Below, piece by piece: positions 1-11,591 of a stretch of DNA of 64,000 nucleotides. Under the pieces are notes generated by a model. That model did not search any database, was not told the origin of the DNA, and saw nothing but the letters and a program-made list of their open reading frames with translations. Source of the stretch: Alphaproteobacteria bacterium (GTDB taxonomy: Bacteria > Pseudomonadota > Alphaproteobacteria > SMXP01); assembly GCA_965214255.1 (NCBI GenBank), contig OZ243948.1, forward strand, positions 1,974,803-2,038,802, written 5' to 3'. Position 1 is the first letter of the stretch. Every line of letters starts with the position of its first letter. Made by a program: the position numbers and the translations under genes.

Positions 1-302
1 TCAGAGAGGGTCGATTCGGCAGCGGCGTCCGGGTCGACGCTTCAGTCACGCGATTCAACTATAGACTCATTGCCCGCTACGACTTGATCGAACAATCGAG
101 CGGCAGGGTGCTTTACTCCGATGCCAGCGAGTCCATAGTCGCCTATGACGTCGTCAACTCTCAATTCGCGACCTTGATTTCACGCGAGGACGCCCAAGAA
201 CGAGCGGCCGTGGATGTCAGCGACAATATCAAACTGAACCTTGCGCTCTATTTTCAGCGCCGGGGTACGGAGCCAAATATCAACGTGAGCCGCGCGGACT
301 AA
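1..302 (+). CDS. lptE: LptE-like LPS-assembly lipoprotein, 3' fragment (5' end lies outside the window)
   Basis: Frame 3 is open from the window edge (REGRFGSGVRVDASVTRFNYRLIARYDLIEQSSGRVLY...) to the TAA at 300-302. It sits directly upstream of holA, the conserved lptE-holA arrangement. The assignment rests mostly on synteny. Confidence 0.45.
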   Translation, partial: REGRFGSGVRVDASVTRFNYRLIARYDLIEQSSGRVLYSDASESIVAYDVVNSQFATLISREDAQERAAVDVSDNIKLNLALYFQRRGTEPNINVSRAD

Positions 303-321
303 GGGGTGTAGAAACGGGCCG

Positions 322-1374
322 GTGAGACTCAAGAACAAAGACCTCGCGGCGTTCCCGAAGACATGGCCGCCAAAAGCGGATGTCGCCCTGATTTACGGCC
401 CCGACCAGGGGCTGGTGCGCGAGCGCGCCGAAGCGCTCATGGGTCTTTTCATCGAGGATCTGAGAGATCCGTTTCGCGTTATCGACCTTTCCGAAAACGA
501 ATACCGGTCCGACACGACGCGCCTCAGAGACGAGTTCGCAGCCCTGGCCATGCTCGGCGGGCGGCGGATCGTTCGGCTCCGCCTCAGCAGCGAACGCACA
601 AGCGCGGCAATAAAAGCGTTCATCGTCGATCTCGACCGCGGATCGATACCGGGTGACGCGCTCGTCGTCATCGAGGCCGGTGATCTGCCTCCCAGTTCCG
701 CCGCCCGCAAAGCGGCCGAGGCGGCAAAACGAACCGTCGCGATTCCCTGTTACATCGATGACGACCACGCCCTGCGCGCGTACATCAGGCGCACGCTTTC
801 GGATAACGGCCTTGAAATATCCAGTGACACGGCAACGGCGTTGGCGGCCCGGCTCGGCAACGACCGCGGCGTGACCCGGCAAGAACTGGAAAAGCTGGTG
901 CTTTTCAAAAGCAACCCCGAAGGGTCGACCGACAACACCGTTTCCGAGGATGATATCGACGCCGTTATTGCCGAGGCCAATGTGCTCAATATCGAAGATC
1001 TCTGTTATACGGCCGGCCTCGGGCAAATCCGGTCGGTTGAACCGGCCCTGGACCGTTGTTTTCTCGACGGTACGACGCCGCCGTCGGTCATTCGCGCCCT
1101 GATTCACCATTTGGACCGGATTTACGCGTCGCTTGCAACGATGGAGTCCGGCGTTTCCGCAAAAGAGGCGATGCAGACGATGCGGCCACGTATTCATTTC
1201 AAGCGCGCGGCGGCTTTCGAGAAACAGCTTTCACAATGGACCGGCGCCCGGTGCTCAACGGCGATACGGTCTCTCTATGAAGACGAGATCGCGGCGAAAA
1301 ACACGGGCAGCCCGGCGGAAGCCATCTGTCGTCGGGCGGCGTTGCGCATCGCGCAGCTTGCCAATGCGGCCTAA
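322..1374 (+). CDS. holA: DNA polymerase III subunit delta
   Basis: 350-aa ORF with a HolA-like N-terminus (ADVALIYGPDQGLVRERAEAL) and typical length and position. The GTG start at 322 is not verified. Confidence 0.8.
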   Translation: MRLKNKDLAAFPKTWPPKADVALIYGPDQGLVRERAEALMGLFIEDLRDPFRVIDLSENEYRSDTTRLRDEFAALAMLGGRRIVRLRLSSERTSAAIKAFIVDLDRGSIPGDALVVIEAGDLPPSSAARKAAEAAKRTVAIPCYIDDDHALRAYIRRTLSDNGLEISSDTATALAARLGNDRGVTRQELEKLVLFKSNPEGSTDNTVSEDDIDAVIAEANVLNIEDLCYTAGLGQIRSVEPALDRCFLDGTTPPSVIRALIHHLDRIYASLATMESGVSAKEAMQTMRPRIHFKRAAAFEKQLSQWTGARCSTAIRSLYEDEIAAKNTGSPAEAICRRAALRIAQLANAA

Positions 1375-2261
1375 CCGTCCCGGCTCAAGCGGCGGCAGAC
1401 GTCATCGAGTTGTTCAAGGGTTTTATAGTGGATGCGAACGTCGCCGCCCCGCTCGCCTTGATGACCGATGGTCACTTTCAAGCCCAAAGCATTCGAAACA
1501 TTTTGCTCGAGGGCCAGCGTGTCCGCGTCCTTTTCGGTCGACCTCGGCGGCGGCCTCGTGACGTGAGAGTCTTCGGCCTGCTCATCCGCCGCCAAAACTT
1601 CCGCTTGGCGGACGCTCAACGTCTCTTTGACGATTCGATCGGCGAGGCGGTCAGGCTCCGGGGCCCGGAGCAAAGCTCTCCCATGGCCCGCCGTCAAACG
1701 TCCATCCGAAACAAGATCCTGAACGGTCTGCGGCAGCGTCAGCAATCTCAGCGTGTTGGCGACGTGACTTCGGCTCTTGCCGATGATTTTCGCGAGTTGT
1801 TCCTGCGTGTGGCCGAACTCCTCCATGAGGACATGGTAGCCCCTCGCCTCCTCGATTGCGTTGAGATCGGCCCTCTGGACATTTTCGATCATCGAAAGTT
1901 CCAGCGTTTCCGAGTCCGTGAGATCTCGGACGATGACGGGCACCGAGTGGACCGCCGCGCGCTGGGCGGCGCGCCAGCGCCGCTCACCGGCGACAATTTG
2001 ATAGGCATCCTGTTCGCCGGCAACGGGCCGCACGATGATCGGCTGAAGTATCCCGTGCGCGCGAATCGAAACCGCAAGTTCTTCAAGGACATCGCTCCCG
2101 AAGACCTTGCGCGGCTGGTGCGGATTGGGCCGCAAAAATTCGATAGGCAGCTCCCCGGGCGGTTTTTGACCGGTATCGGCCTCAAACCGCTCAATATCGA
2201 TTTTATCGATCAGCGCCGACAACCCGCGCCCCAAACGATCTTGTTTGTCTTGTTCCGACAT
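1371..2261 (-). CDS. parB: Chromosome partitioning protein ParB
   Basis: 296 aa with GRGLSALI near the N-terminus and the ParB box IVAGERRWRAA. It is adjacent to parA. Confidence 0.95.
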   Translation of the reverse strand: MSEQDKQDRLGRGLSALIDKIDIERFEADTGQKPPGELPIEFLRPNPHQPRKVFGSDVLEELAVSIRAHGILQPIIVRPVAGEQDAYQIVAGERRWRAAQRAAVHSVPVIVRDLTDSETLELSMIENVQRADLNAIEEARGYHVLMEEFGHTQEQLAKIIGKSRSHVANTLRLLTLPQTVQDLVSDGRLTAGHGRALLRAPEPDRLADRIVKETLSVRQAEVLAADEQAEDSHVTRPPPRSTEKDADTLALEQNVSNALGLKVTIGHQGERGGDVRIHYKTLEQLDDVCRRLSRDG

Positions 2262-2311
2262 TTATCACCTCCGGTCTTGACCCGCCCTGTCTCTAACCCG
2301 GCCGACGCAAT

Positions 2312-3131
<820 letters not shown>

Positions 3132-3139
<8 letters not shown>

Positions 3140-3749
3140 GGCTGATATCTTCTATACAAAGAACACGGCTTGCCGGATCGGTCCTGCTTGGGACCTGAAC
3201 AAGCTTCATATTCCAACATTTAGTTGCTTCGGTCAATTCAGCCTCAACATGCTGACCTTTCGGAAACAGGCACCGAGTCGTCGGGCGGCAAAACGGCGCG
3301 GCATAGACGAGCAGTCGGTCAAGAGGGGCCAAGGCCCGGGCCGTGACGACGTCCAAGGGAAAAGCGCGCATCCCCTCGACCCGCGAGCATCGAACCTCGA
3401 CGCCGAGGTCAAGCTCATGAACCGCGTGCCGCAGAAAAGCGCATTTTCGGGTGTTGGACTCGACCAGGATGACGCCGATTTCACGGCTGCCATTCAACAA
3501 GACGGCGAGGACAAGGCCCGGCAACCCCGCCCCGCTGCCCATATCCATCAGCGATTTCGCATTATCCGGGATCAATTCGACGAGTTGCGCCGAATCCAGA
3601 ATATGCCGCCGCCAAATATCCGGAAGGGTCGCGGCCCCAACGAGATTGTGGGCGTTATTCCAGGTCTGCAGCATGCCCGCGTAGGCTTTGAGCCGGTCCA
3701 ACGTTTCACGTGAAACATTGGCGGCCGCCGCAAACTCCTCGGGTGACAT
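3132..3749 (-). CDS. rsmG: 16S rRNA (guanine527-N7)-methyltransferase
   Basis: 205 aa with the SAM motif DMGSGAGLPGLVLA. It follows the mnmG-rsmG-parAB order. Confidence 0.9.
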
Positions 3750-3759
3750 TCAGCGTCCT

Positions 3760-5649
3760 CTAGGCCGACGCGCGCCTGTTCAAGCGCTTGACAACGGCCA
3801 AAAGCCGGGTCAGGGCCGCGGGCGTCATGCCCTCGATGCGTGAAGCCTGTCCGAGCGTGGCAGGACGCACCATCGACAGCTTTTCCCGGACTTCGTTGGA
3901 AAGGCCCGACAGGCCCTCATAATCGAAGTCCGTCGGCAGTTCCAGCGACTCGTCGCGGCGAAACGCAAGGATATCCGCGTTCTGTCTATCCAGATATCCG
4001 GCATAATGAGCGTCGATCTCGATCTGTTCCAGGCATTTTCGATTGAACGCGCCCAGTCTCGGCCACAGCCGAAACAGTTCCGTTAAACTTATCTCAGGAT
4101 AGGCCAGCAGATCGAAGGCGCTGCGCCGCCGCCCGTCCTGGTTCACATTCAGGCCCGCCTTTCTGGCTTCCGCCGTGGTCAGACAACAGCTTTCAAACGC
4201 GGCCCGCGCCGCCGCCAGTTCCGACGACTTGTTACCAAAGGCCGTTCGGCGACGCGCCCCAACCAGGCCCGCGTCGATACCCTTGGGCGTGAGCCGCAGG
4301 TCGGCGTTGTCCGCCCTCAGAGAAAGCCTGTACTCGGCCCGCGAGGTAAACATGCGATAGGGCTCCGAGACCCCTCTGGTCACCAAATCGTCGATCAGAA
4401 CCCCCATATAGGCTTCCGACCGGTCGAGAACGAATGCCGTCCTCTCGGACGACTCCGGGCGGCCTGCGAGCAGGGCGGCATTCGCGCCCGCGACAAGTCC
4501 CTGGGCCGCCGCCTCCTCGTATCCCGTCGTGCCGTTGATTTGACCCGCCAGAAAAAGGCCCGGCAGCTTTTTCGTTTCCAGAGACAGGTGAAGTTCCCGG
4601 GGGTCCACGTGATCGTATTCTATGGCGTATCCGAAACGTTTTACGGCGGCCTTTTCCAGCCCCGGAATGGTGTGGACGCAAGCGAGTTGAACGTCCTCGG
4701 GCAGAGACGTCGAAATCCCGTTGGGATAGACGGTATCGTCGTCGAGGCCCTCGGGCTCAAGAAAAATCTGATGGGTATCACGGTCGGCGAAACGCATGAC
4801 TTTGTCCTCGATCGACGGGCAGTAGCGCGGCCCGACACCCCCGATCTGCCCCGAATACATGGGCGCCAGATGGATATTGGCGCGGATGATGTCATGGGTT
4901 TTCGCGGTCGTGCCGGTAATATGGCAGTGAATTTGAGGCCGCTCGATACCGTCGGTCAGATAAGAAAACGTCACCGGAGGCTCGTCCCCCGGCTGCTTTT
5001 CCAGGCCGGACCAGTCGATCGAGGCTTTGTCGAGTCTGGGCGGCGTACCGGTCTTCAAGCGGCCCAGACGAAAATTTAACCGTTCCAGCGTCTTCGCCAG
5101 CCCGAAAGACGGCGGCTCTCCGGCCCGGCCCGCAGGAATGCGCTTTTGCCCGATATGGATTTCGCCGCGCAGGAACGTGCCGGTGGTAAGGATAACGGCC
5201 CCGGATCGAACGGTCTCGCCGGAACTTGTCACGACGCCAGCGACACGGCGGCCCTCAATCAGCAAATCCACCGCCTCTCCGGCCCGTATCGACAGATTCG
5301 GGACGACCCCCAGGGCTTCCTGCATCCCCTGACGGTAAAGGGCGCGGTCCGCCTGGGCCCGTGGGCCGCGAACCGCCGGGCCTTTGCGCCGGTTGAGAAG
5401 GCGGAACTGAATACCGGCAAAGTCGGCAACGCGGCCCATCACGCCGTCCAGGGCGTCGATTTCACGAACCAAATGACCTTTCCCCAAGCCGCCGATGGCC
5501 GGATTGCAGGACATTTCACCGATCTTTTTCGGATCGTGCGTCATCAGCAGCGTTTCAGCCCCGAGCCGCGCGCTGGCGGCCGCCGCTTCACAACCGGCGT
5601 GCCCGCCGCCGATCACGATGACATCACAAGCGTCGTCAACACGTTTCAT
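3760..5649 (-). CDS. mnmG: tRNA uridine 5-carboxymethylaminomethyl modification enzyme MnmG (GidA)
   Basis: It has the FAD motif [15 protein letters not shown] and is ~630 aa. The ORF track starts at 5673. I prefer the ATG at 5649 (MKRVDD...), which is preceded by AGGGA. Confidence 0.95.
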   Translation of the reverse strand: MKRVDDACDVIVIGGGHAGCEAAAASARLGAETLLMTHDPKKIGEMSCNPAIGGLGKGHLVREIDALDGVMGRVADFAGIQFRLLNRRKGPAVRGPRAQADRALYRQGMQEALGVVPNLSIRAGEAVDLLIEGRRVAGVVTSSGETVRSGAVILTTGTFLRGEIHIGQKRIPAGRAGEPPSFGLAKTLERLNFRLGRLKTGTPPRLDKASIDWSGLEKQPGDEPPVTFSYLTDGIERPQIHCHITGTTAKTHDIIRANIHLAPMYSGQIGGVGPRYCPSIEDKVMRFADRDTHQIFLEPEGLDDDTVYPNGISTSLPEDVQLACVHTIPGLEKAAVKRFGYAIEYDHVDPRELHLSLETKKLPGLFLAGQINGTTGYEEAAAQGLVAGANAALLAGRPESSERTAFVLDRSEAYMGVLIDDLVTRGVSEPYRMFTSRAEYRLSLRADNADLRLTPKGIDAGLVGARRRTAFGNKSSELAAARAAFESCCLTTAEARKAGLNVNQDGRRRSAFDLLAYPEISLTELFRLWPRLGAFNRKCLEQIEIDAHYAGYLDRQNADILAFRRDESLELPTDFDYEGLSGLSNEVREKLSMVRPATLGQASRIEGMTPAALTRLLAVVKRLNRRASA

Positions 5650-5688
5650 GCTTTTCCCTGCCCCTGCGGCCATGTTTCACGTGAAACA

Positions 5689-7035
5689 CTACTTCCCGAT
5701 GCAAAACTCGGAAAAGACGGCATCCAGAACGGTCTCGACATCGATCTTACCCGTAACGCGCCCAAGCGCCTGGGTCGCGGCCCTGACATCTTCCGCCGCA
5801 AGGGCGACATCGTCGGCCCGCGCCTCGAGACACCGGCTCAGCGCGTCCCGACACTCGACCAGCGCCGCGCGGTGGCGCTCCCGCGTCAGACCTCCCTCGC
5901 CGCCCGTGCCGAGCGCGTCTACGGCGGCGCGCGCCAGATGGGCGAGCAACTCACGCAGGCCGTCGCCCGTCTTGGCGGAAACCCGGATGACCGGCGCCTT
6001 CAATCCATGATCGGCCAAATTCCCGAGATCGGCAACCATGTCGATTTTATTTATCAAGTTTATATCCTGAGCCTTGAATTCGATACCGCCGGGCGGCTCG
6101 CTGCGAAAATTCGCCGCATCGTACATGAACAATCGGAGATCGGCCCTGTTCGCGGCCAACCGCGCGCGGCGAATACCCTCGACTTCCACCTCGTCTTCAG
6201 CGCGGCGCAAACCGGCGGTATCGACCACGATCACCGGCAGGCCGTCCAGGTCCAGATGAACTTCGATCACATCCCTTGTCGTCCCCGAGGCGTCCGAAAC
6301 GATCGCCACGTCCCGGCGCGCCAAGGCGTTGACCAGACTGGACTTGCCCACATTCGGCGGCCCCACGACGGCGACGCGAAAGCCGTCCCGAAGCCGCTCC
6401 CCCCTGTGGCCGTCCTCGAGATGCTCCCCGATCTCTTTCAGCACATCCTCCAGAAACCGAAACGCCGAGGCGCGGGCGTCCGCCGGCACGTCCTCGTGAG
6501 AGAAATCTATGACCGCTTCAAGGTAGGCCGCCGCCCGAACAAGCTGCCCCCGCCAACGTTCATAAAGGCCGCCCAGAGCCCCGTCCATCTGCAACACCGC
6601 CTGGCGGCGCTGGGCCTCGGTCTCGGCGGCGATCAGGTCCGCCATCCCCTCGACTTCCGTCAAGTCCAGCTTGCCGTTCTCGAACGCCCGCCGGGTGAAT
6701 TCGCCGGGCTCCGCCTGGCGAAGACCAAGGCGGCTCAAAGCGGCCGTCAAGGCGGAGACCACGGCCCGCCCGCCGTGGACATGGCATTCGCCGACATCCT
6801 CGCCGGTAAAGCTGTGGGGCGCTTCGAATCTGACGATCAGCCCCCGGTCGATCAAGTCGCCGCTCGACGGGTCTCGAAGCGCGCGAAGAGCGGTTCGCCG
6901 AGGGGGCGGCAAATCCGCGCCGGTGAGTTGCGAGAGCGCACGCGACACGCACGGGCCGGACAGGCGGACAACGGAGATCCCCGCCCGTCCGGCGCCGGAA
7001 GACAAGGCAAAGATCGTTCCTTCGTCCAAAGCCAA
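5689..7035 (-). CDS. mnmE: tRNA modification GTPase MnmE (TrmE)
   Basis: 448 aa with G motifs GPPNVGKSSL and DTAGLR and the C-terminal CIGK tetrapeptide typical of MnmE. Confidence 0.95.
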   Translation of the reverse strand: MALDEGTIFALSSGAGRAGISVVRLSGPCVSRALSQLTGADLPPPRRTALRALRDPSSGDLIDRGLIVRFEAPHSFTGEDVGECHVHGGRAVVSALTAALSRLGLRQAEPGEFTRRAFENGKLDLTEVEGMADLIAAETEAQRRQAVLQMDGALGGLYERWRGQLVRAAAYLEAVIDFSHEDVPADARASAFRFLEDVLKEIGEHLEDGHRGERLRDGFRVAVVGPPNVGKSSLVNALARRDVAIVSDASGTTRDVIEVHLDLDGLPVIVVDTAGLRRAEDEVEVEGIRRARLAANRADLRLFMYDAANFRSEPPGGIEFKAQDINLINKIDMVADLGNLADHGLKAPVIRVSAKTGDGLRELLAHLARAAVDALGTGGEGGLTRERHRAALVECRDALSRCLEARADDVALAAEDVRAATQALGRVTGKIDVETVLDAVFSEFCIGK

Positions 7036-7184
7036 GGTCTCGGCGCGCTCCCGATGGATAACCTGAAATGACTATAGCCAACCTCGGCGAAGGCCAAGCA
7101 AAATCGGTTCGCCATCGCGCCGGCTTGAGGATAAACTGCGGCCCGACTGTTCGCTCATCAACCGTTCACTGAAGGCAGGCACTC

Positions 7185-8165
7185 ATGTCAACGTCACATG
7201 CCATCCGCATCCACGAACCCGGAGGCCCGGAGGTTCTAACCTGGGAGAAGATCGACTTGGGCTCCCCCGGCGATCGTGAAGTTCGCGTCAGGCACACGGC
7301 CATCGGCCTCAACTATATCGACATATATCACCGGACGGGGCTTTACCCCCTGGATATGCCGACCGGCATCGGTCTCGAAGGCGCCGGCGTCGTCGAGGCC
7401 GTGGGGCCGGCAGTGCGGACCCTCGCCGTCGGCGACCGCGTGGCCTACGGTACGGGCCCCATCGGATCCTATTCGCAAGCGGCCAACCTGCCGGAGACTC
7501 GCGTCACGCCCATACCGGACGGCATTTCCGACGAGCAGGCCGCCGCGATGATGCTCCAGGGGCTCACGGCATACTATCTGTTGAAAAAGACCTTTCCCGT
7601 CAAAAAGGGCGACTCCGTCCTGATCCACGCCGCGGCCGGCGGCGTCGGGCTGATCGTCTGTCAGTGGGCCGGGCATTTGGGCGCGACGGTCATAGGCACG
7701 GTGGGCTCGACCGAAAAAGCCGCCCTGGCGGAAAAACACGGCTGCGACCACCCGATCCTCTACGGGCAGGAAAACTTCGTCGACCGCGTCGATGAGATAA
7801 CGGGCGGCGGCGGCGTCAACGTCGTTTACGACTCCGTCGGCAAGGAAACCGTGCCGGGGTCTTTGCGGTGTCTCGCCCCGCGCGGCATGCTGGTCAGCTT
7901 CGGCAACGCGTCCGGGCCTCCGGACCCCGTCGACATCGGCAGCCTGGGGGCCAAGGGATCCCTGTTCGTCACGAGGCCGAGCCTGTTTCATTACATGGCA
8001 ACGGACGAAGACCTGAAGGCCGCCGCGCAAGACCTCATCGAGGTCGTGGAAAAAGGAATCGTCCGTATACGGATCAATCAGCGTTACAAACTGGAAGACG
8101 CGGCCCAGGCACACATGGACTTGGAGAGTCGCCGCACCACCGGGTCGACGATCTTGATTCCTTAA
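7185..8165 (+). CDS. qor: NADPH:quinone oxidoreductase (zeta-crystallin/MDR family)
   Basis: 326 aa with an MDR fold and the nucleotide motif [10 protein letters not shown]. No zinc-ligand pattern is present. Confidence 0.85.
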   Translation: MSTSHAIRIHEPGGPEVLTWEKIDLGSPGDREVRVRHTAIGLNYIDIYHRTGLYPLDMPTGIGLEGAGVVEAVGPAVRTLAVGDRVAYGTGPIGSYSQAANLPETRVTPIPDGISDEQAAAMMLQGLTAYYLLKKTFPVKKGDSVLIHAAAGGVGLIVCQWAGHLGATVIGTVGSTEKAALAEKHGCDHPILYGQENFVDRVDEITGGGGVNVVYDSVGKETVPGSLRCLAPRGMLVSFGNASGPPDPVDIGSLGAKGSLFVTRPSLFHYMATDEDLKAAAQDLIEVVEKGIVRIRINQRYKLEDAAQAHMDLESRRTTGSTILIP

Positions 8166-9436
8166 GTCTTCTTCATCAACTCGAAGAACTCATCGTTATT
8201 CTTCGTCTGCTGAAGTTTATCGATCAGAAACTCCATGGCGTCCATGGTTCCCATGGGGTTCAATATCCGCCGCAGCACGAACATCTTCTGCAAGATGTTC
8301 GTGTCGACCAGGAGTTCTTCCTTGCGCGTCCCCGACTTCATGATGTCGATGGCGGGATAGGTGCGCTTGTCGGCCAGCTTGCGGTCGAGAACGATCTCCG
8401 AATTGCCGGTGCCCTTGAACTCCTCGAAGATGACTTCGTCCATGCGGCTGCCGGTATCTATCAACGCCGTCGCGATGATAGTCAGAGAGCCGCCTTCCTC
8501 GATATTCCGCGCCGCGCCGAAAAACCGTTTCGGCCTCTGAAGGGCATTGGCGTCGACGCCCCCCGTCAAGACCTTCCCCGACGACGGCACCACCGTATTA
8601 TACGCCCGGCCCAGGCGCGTGATCGAATCGAGCAGTATCACGACATCGCGCCTGTGCTCGACCAGACGCTTCGCTTTCTCGATCACCATCTCCGCCACCT
8701 GAACATGGCGAACCGCCGGCTCGTCGAACGTCGAACTGATGACCTCCCCCTTCACGGAGCGCTGCATGTCCGTGACTTCCTCCGGGCGCTCGTCGATCAG
8801 AAGGACGATCAAATAACACTCGGGATGGTTGCCCGTGACGGAGTGGGCTATATTCTGCAACAGGATCGTCTTGCCCGTGCGCGGCGGCGAAACGATCAGG
8901 CCTCTCTGTCCCTTGCCCAGAGGCGCGACCAGATCGATAACCCGCGCGCTGCGGTCTTTCAAAGTCGGATCGTCGAGCTCCATGTCGAGCTTTTCTTCGG
9001 GATAGAGCGGCGTCAAATTATCGAAATGAACTTTGTGCCTAGCCTTTTCCGGATCCTCGAAGTTGATGGCGACAACCTTGAGCAAGGCGAAATACCGCTC
9101 GCCGTCCTTCGGGCTTCTGATCTGTCCTTCGACCGTGTCGCCGGTCCTCAAGGAAAACCGCCGGATCTGGCTCGGGCTGACGTAAACATCGTCCGGGCCC
9201 GGAAGATAATTCGCCTCCGGGGAGCGCAGGAACCCGAAGCCGTCCTGTAAAACCTCCAGAACGCCGCCCGCGGTGATGTCCACTTCCCGCTGAGACAACT
9301 GCTTCAGGATCGCGAACATCATGTCCTGCTTGCGCATGGCGCTCGCGTTTTCGACTTCGAGTTCTTCGGCAAATTCCAGAAGCTCCGCGGGAGATTTCGC
9401 TTTCAGCTCCTGCAATTTGAGATCATGCGTTGTCAT
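8162..9436 (-). CDS. rho: Transcription termination factor Rho
   Basis: It has the Rho N-terminal and RNA-binding region ([16 protein letters not shown]) and Walker A PPRTGKT. The ORF track starts at 9487. The ATG at 9436 ([12 protein letters not shown]) gives the usual length. Confidence 0.95.
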   Translation of the reverse strand: MTTHDLKLQELKAKSPAELLEFAEELEVENASAMRKQDMMFAILKQLSQREVDITAGGVLEVLQDGFGFLRSPEANYLPGPDDVYVSPSQIRRFSLRTGDTVEGQIRSPKDGERYFALLKVVAINFEDPEKARHKVHFDNLTPLYPEEKLDMELDDPTLKDRSARVIDLVAPLGKGQRGLIVSPPRTGKTILLQNIAHSVTGNHPECYLIVLLIDERPEEVTDMQRSVKGEVISSTFDEPAVRHVQVAEMVIEKAKRLVEHRRDVVILLDSITRLGRAYNTVVPSSGKVLTGGVDANALQRPKRFFGAARNIEEGGSLTIIATALIDTGSRMDEVIFEEFKGTGNSEIVLDRKLADKRTYPAIDIMKSGTRKEELLVDTNILQKMFVLRRILNPMGTMDAMEFLIDKLQQTKNNDEFFELMKKT

Positions 9437-9659
9437 GAGGGGGAGGCCTTTTGGTGAGGAAGAATCCGTTTGGATGCCGAACGGCAAGAGTGAACTGCGA
9501 ATTGATCTGGCGGCCTGCCTGGAGGCTTATCCGACTTCGGTCAAGAGCTTGGATTGAGTGGGGTGTGATAGGCGACTCTTATGAGCAGACGTTTCGGGGG
9601 GACATTGAAGCCAAGCGGTCCACCCGAAGCTTCAAGAAAGCATATATTTCACCGCTTGT

Positions 9660-10020
9660 ATAGCCCGAATCGCACTTTGTCTCTTTGAGAGGTCTCCGGG
9701 TTCCTCTCGGCTTTGTCAATTTTCCAATCTCTTATATCTGTTTTTATAAAAGGGTAGTGTTTGTAATAGAGTTTGTGAAAACTTGGTAAACAATCTTTTC
9801 AACAGCTATTATACCGATCGACTATGACAACTGGATTATAAGGAATACTTATCCCTAAAAGCTTCAAATCTGTTGACAAGTCCTGAAACTGCCTCGCTTC
9901 AAAGGGATAAGCGTTCAATATCAAGGGAATCATCCTGTATATAAGCTCTGGAAAAATTATGATAACGCCGCCGATCCACAGTATTGAAAACTCCCGACAA
10001 GTTGGACCGCGGGATGTGAT
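9660..10020. other. Candidate chromosomal replication origin (oriC): AT-rich non-coding region
   Basis: I count 81 G+C in 240 nt (9721-9960), about 34%, against a visibly >60% G+C background. DnaA-box-like 9-mers are TTATCCCTA (9849-9857), its inverted partner AGGGATAAG (9903-9911) and CGATCCACA (9972-9980). It is flanked by rho/mnmE/mnmG/rsmG/parAB on one side and DUF299/maf/aroE/coaE/dnaQ on the other, the conserved alphaproteobacterial origin neighbourhood. Confidence 0.5.
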
Positions 10021-10112
10021 CAACCTGTTCCCTGTCAAGGCCAAGTCGCGGCGGCCGCTCTCTCGGGCCGGTATTCCACAGCCTGCTTCCCGCGTCTGAC
10101 GGAACCTGCGGC

Positions 10113-10976
10113 GTGCCCAAGAAATTCATATCGGAACGCGCCGCCGGGGAGAGTTCCGAGCTTCGCTTCCACGTTCACCTCGTGTCCGACGCCACCGGCG
10201 AGACCCTCGATTCGGTCTCAAAGGCGGCCTGCGCCCAGTTCGAGAACGCCAAGCCGGCCGAGCATCTGTACGCCTTGATTCGCTCACCCCGCGAGTTGGA
10301 CCGCGCCTTGAGCGAAATCGAGAAGGCCCCGGGCATCGTGCTCTACACCATCATGGACGACGACCTGCGGCTGCTGCTGGAAACGCGTTGTCAGAGGTTG
10401 AACGTGCCCTGCGTCCCGGTCCTGGACCCTATCCTGTCCGCTCTCGCCAACCATCTCGGCGCCAAAGCCACCCACAGGGCCGGCGGCCAGCATCAATTGG
10501 ACATGCAGTATTTCAGCCGCATCGACGCCCTCAACTACATGATGGCCCACGACGACGGGCTCAACACTCAAGACCTCGCTGACGCCGACGTCGTCCTCGT
10601 CGGCGTGAGCCGCACTTCGAAAACCCCGACATGCGTTTACCTCGCCAATCGCGGCATCAAGGCCGCCAACGTCCCCATCGTCAAGGACATCCCGATGACG
10701 GTCCCGTTCGACTCTCTGAAAGGCCCTCTCATCGTCGGCCTAACGGTCTCGCGGGAGCGGCTGATCGAGATACGGCGTCACCGTCTGGCGTCCATGCAGG
10801 CGGACCTCGATACCAGCTATGTGAACGAGGACGACGTTCGAGAAGAAATCGTCTCCGCGCACCGTCTTTTCGAGACGCAGGGTTGGCCGGTCATAGACGT
10901 GTCGAGGCGCTCCATAGAGGAAACCGCCGCCTCGATCCTCAACCTCGTCTCGCGCCGCGCCGCGGGCGAGGCTTGA
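10113..10976 (+). CDS. Pyruvate, phosphate dikinase / PEP synthase regulatory protein (DUF299 kinase-pyrophosphorylase)
   Basis: 287 aa matching DUF299 throughout, including the P-loop-like VGVSRTSKTPTCVYLA. It occupies the position of the RP001/CC0001-type gene next to alphaproteobacterial origins. Confidence 0.9.
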   Translation: MPKKFISERAAGESSELRFHVHLVSDATGETLDSVSKAACAQFENAKPAEHLYALIRSPRELDRALSEIEKAPGIVLYTIMDDDLRLLLETRCQRLNVPCVPVLDPILSALANHLGAKATHRAGGQHQLDMQYFSRIDALNYMMAHDDGLNTQDLADADVVLVGVSRTSKTPTCVYLANRGIKAANVPIVKDIPMTVPFDSLKGPLIVGLTVSRERLIEIRRHRLASMQADLDTSYVNEDDVREEIVSAHRLFETQGWPVIDVSRRSIEETAASILNLVSRRAAGEA

Positions 10977-10982
10977 GAAGGC

Positions 10983-11591
10983 TTGCGCGTGGGGCGCGAT
11001 AGGACGATAGTCCTCGCTTCGGCCAGCGAGGCGCGCGCCGCGCTGCTCCGCTCGGCGGGCGTCGCCGTCGAGGTCCGGCCCGCGAGGGTGGACGAGGAGA
11101 GCGTTCGCGCGGCCCTTCTCCGGGAGGGGGCCGCCGGCCGCGAGGTCGCCGACACGCTGGCGGAACTGAAAGCGACGCGGCGGGCTTTCGACACGGAGCG
11201 GATCGTGGTTGCGGCGGATCAGGTGCTTGTTTTCGACGGGGCGGTTCTCGGCAAGGTGTCGGACCGTGCGGCGGCGCTTGAGCGGCTTCGCGCCCTTCGC
11301 GGCAGGGACCATCGACTCGTCACCGCAGCCTGCGTGGCCAAGGGCGGGTCCGTCATCTGGCGTCATATTGATGTCGCGCGGCTTTGGATGAGATCCTTTT
11401 CGGACGGCTTTCTGGCGGATTTCCTGGAGCGGAACGAGGCCGCCGCCTTGCGCGCCGTCGGCTGCTACGAACTGGAAGGCGAGGGCGCTCAACTGTTCAG
11501 CCGCATCGAGGGCGATTACTTTTCGATCCTGGGTCTGCCTCTCATTCCCGTGCTCGATATCCTGAGAGAGCACGGCGCGCTTGAAAAATGA
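10983..11591 (+). CDS. maf: Maf-like nucleoside triphosphate pyrophosphatase
   Basis: 202 aa with the N-terminal IVLASASEARAALL and Maf length. It lies in the maf-aroE-coaE-dnaQ order. The start codon is uncertain (TTG 10983). Confidence 0.85.
   Translation: MRVGRDRTIVLASASEARAALLRSAGVAVEVRPARVDEESVRAALLREGAAGREVADTLAELKATRRAFDTERIVVAADQVLVFDGAVLGKVSDRAAALERLRALRGRDHRLVTAACVAKGGSVIWRHIDVARLWMRSFSDGFLADFLERNEAAALRAVGCYELEGEGAQLFSRIEGDYFSILGLPLIPVLDILREHGALEK

Noticed and set aside
5146-7071. 641-aa plus-strand ORF overlapping mnmG and mnmE. Similar giants occur at 14423-16450(-), 26100-27929(-), 30924-33059(-), 33075-35225(-) and 43715-45181(-).
   Set aside because: These are antisense or out-of-frame to genes with unmistakable homology. 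Their translations are R/P/G/A-rich with no recognisable motifs. Stop-poor alternative frames are expected at this G+C content.
9437-9660. Structured ncRNA or riboswitch in the long rho 5' region.
   Set aside because: Long rho leaders are normal (autoregulatory attenuation). I could not identify a conserved fold or known motif by eye.
9799-10129. 81-aa and 76-aa minus-strand ORFs inside the AT-rich gap.
   Set aside because: Their composition and codon use are unlike every confident gene here. The translations are I/L/F/N-rich noise. The region is better explained as origin and promoter DNA.
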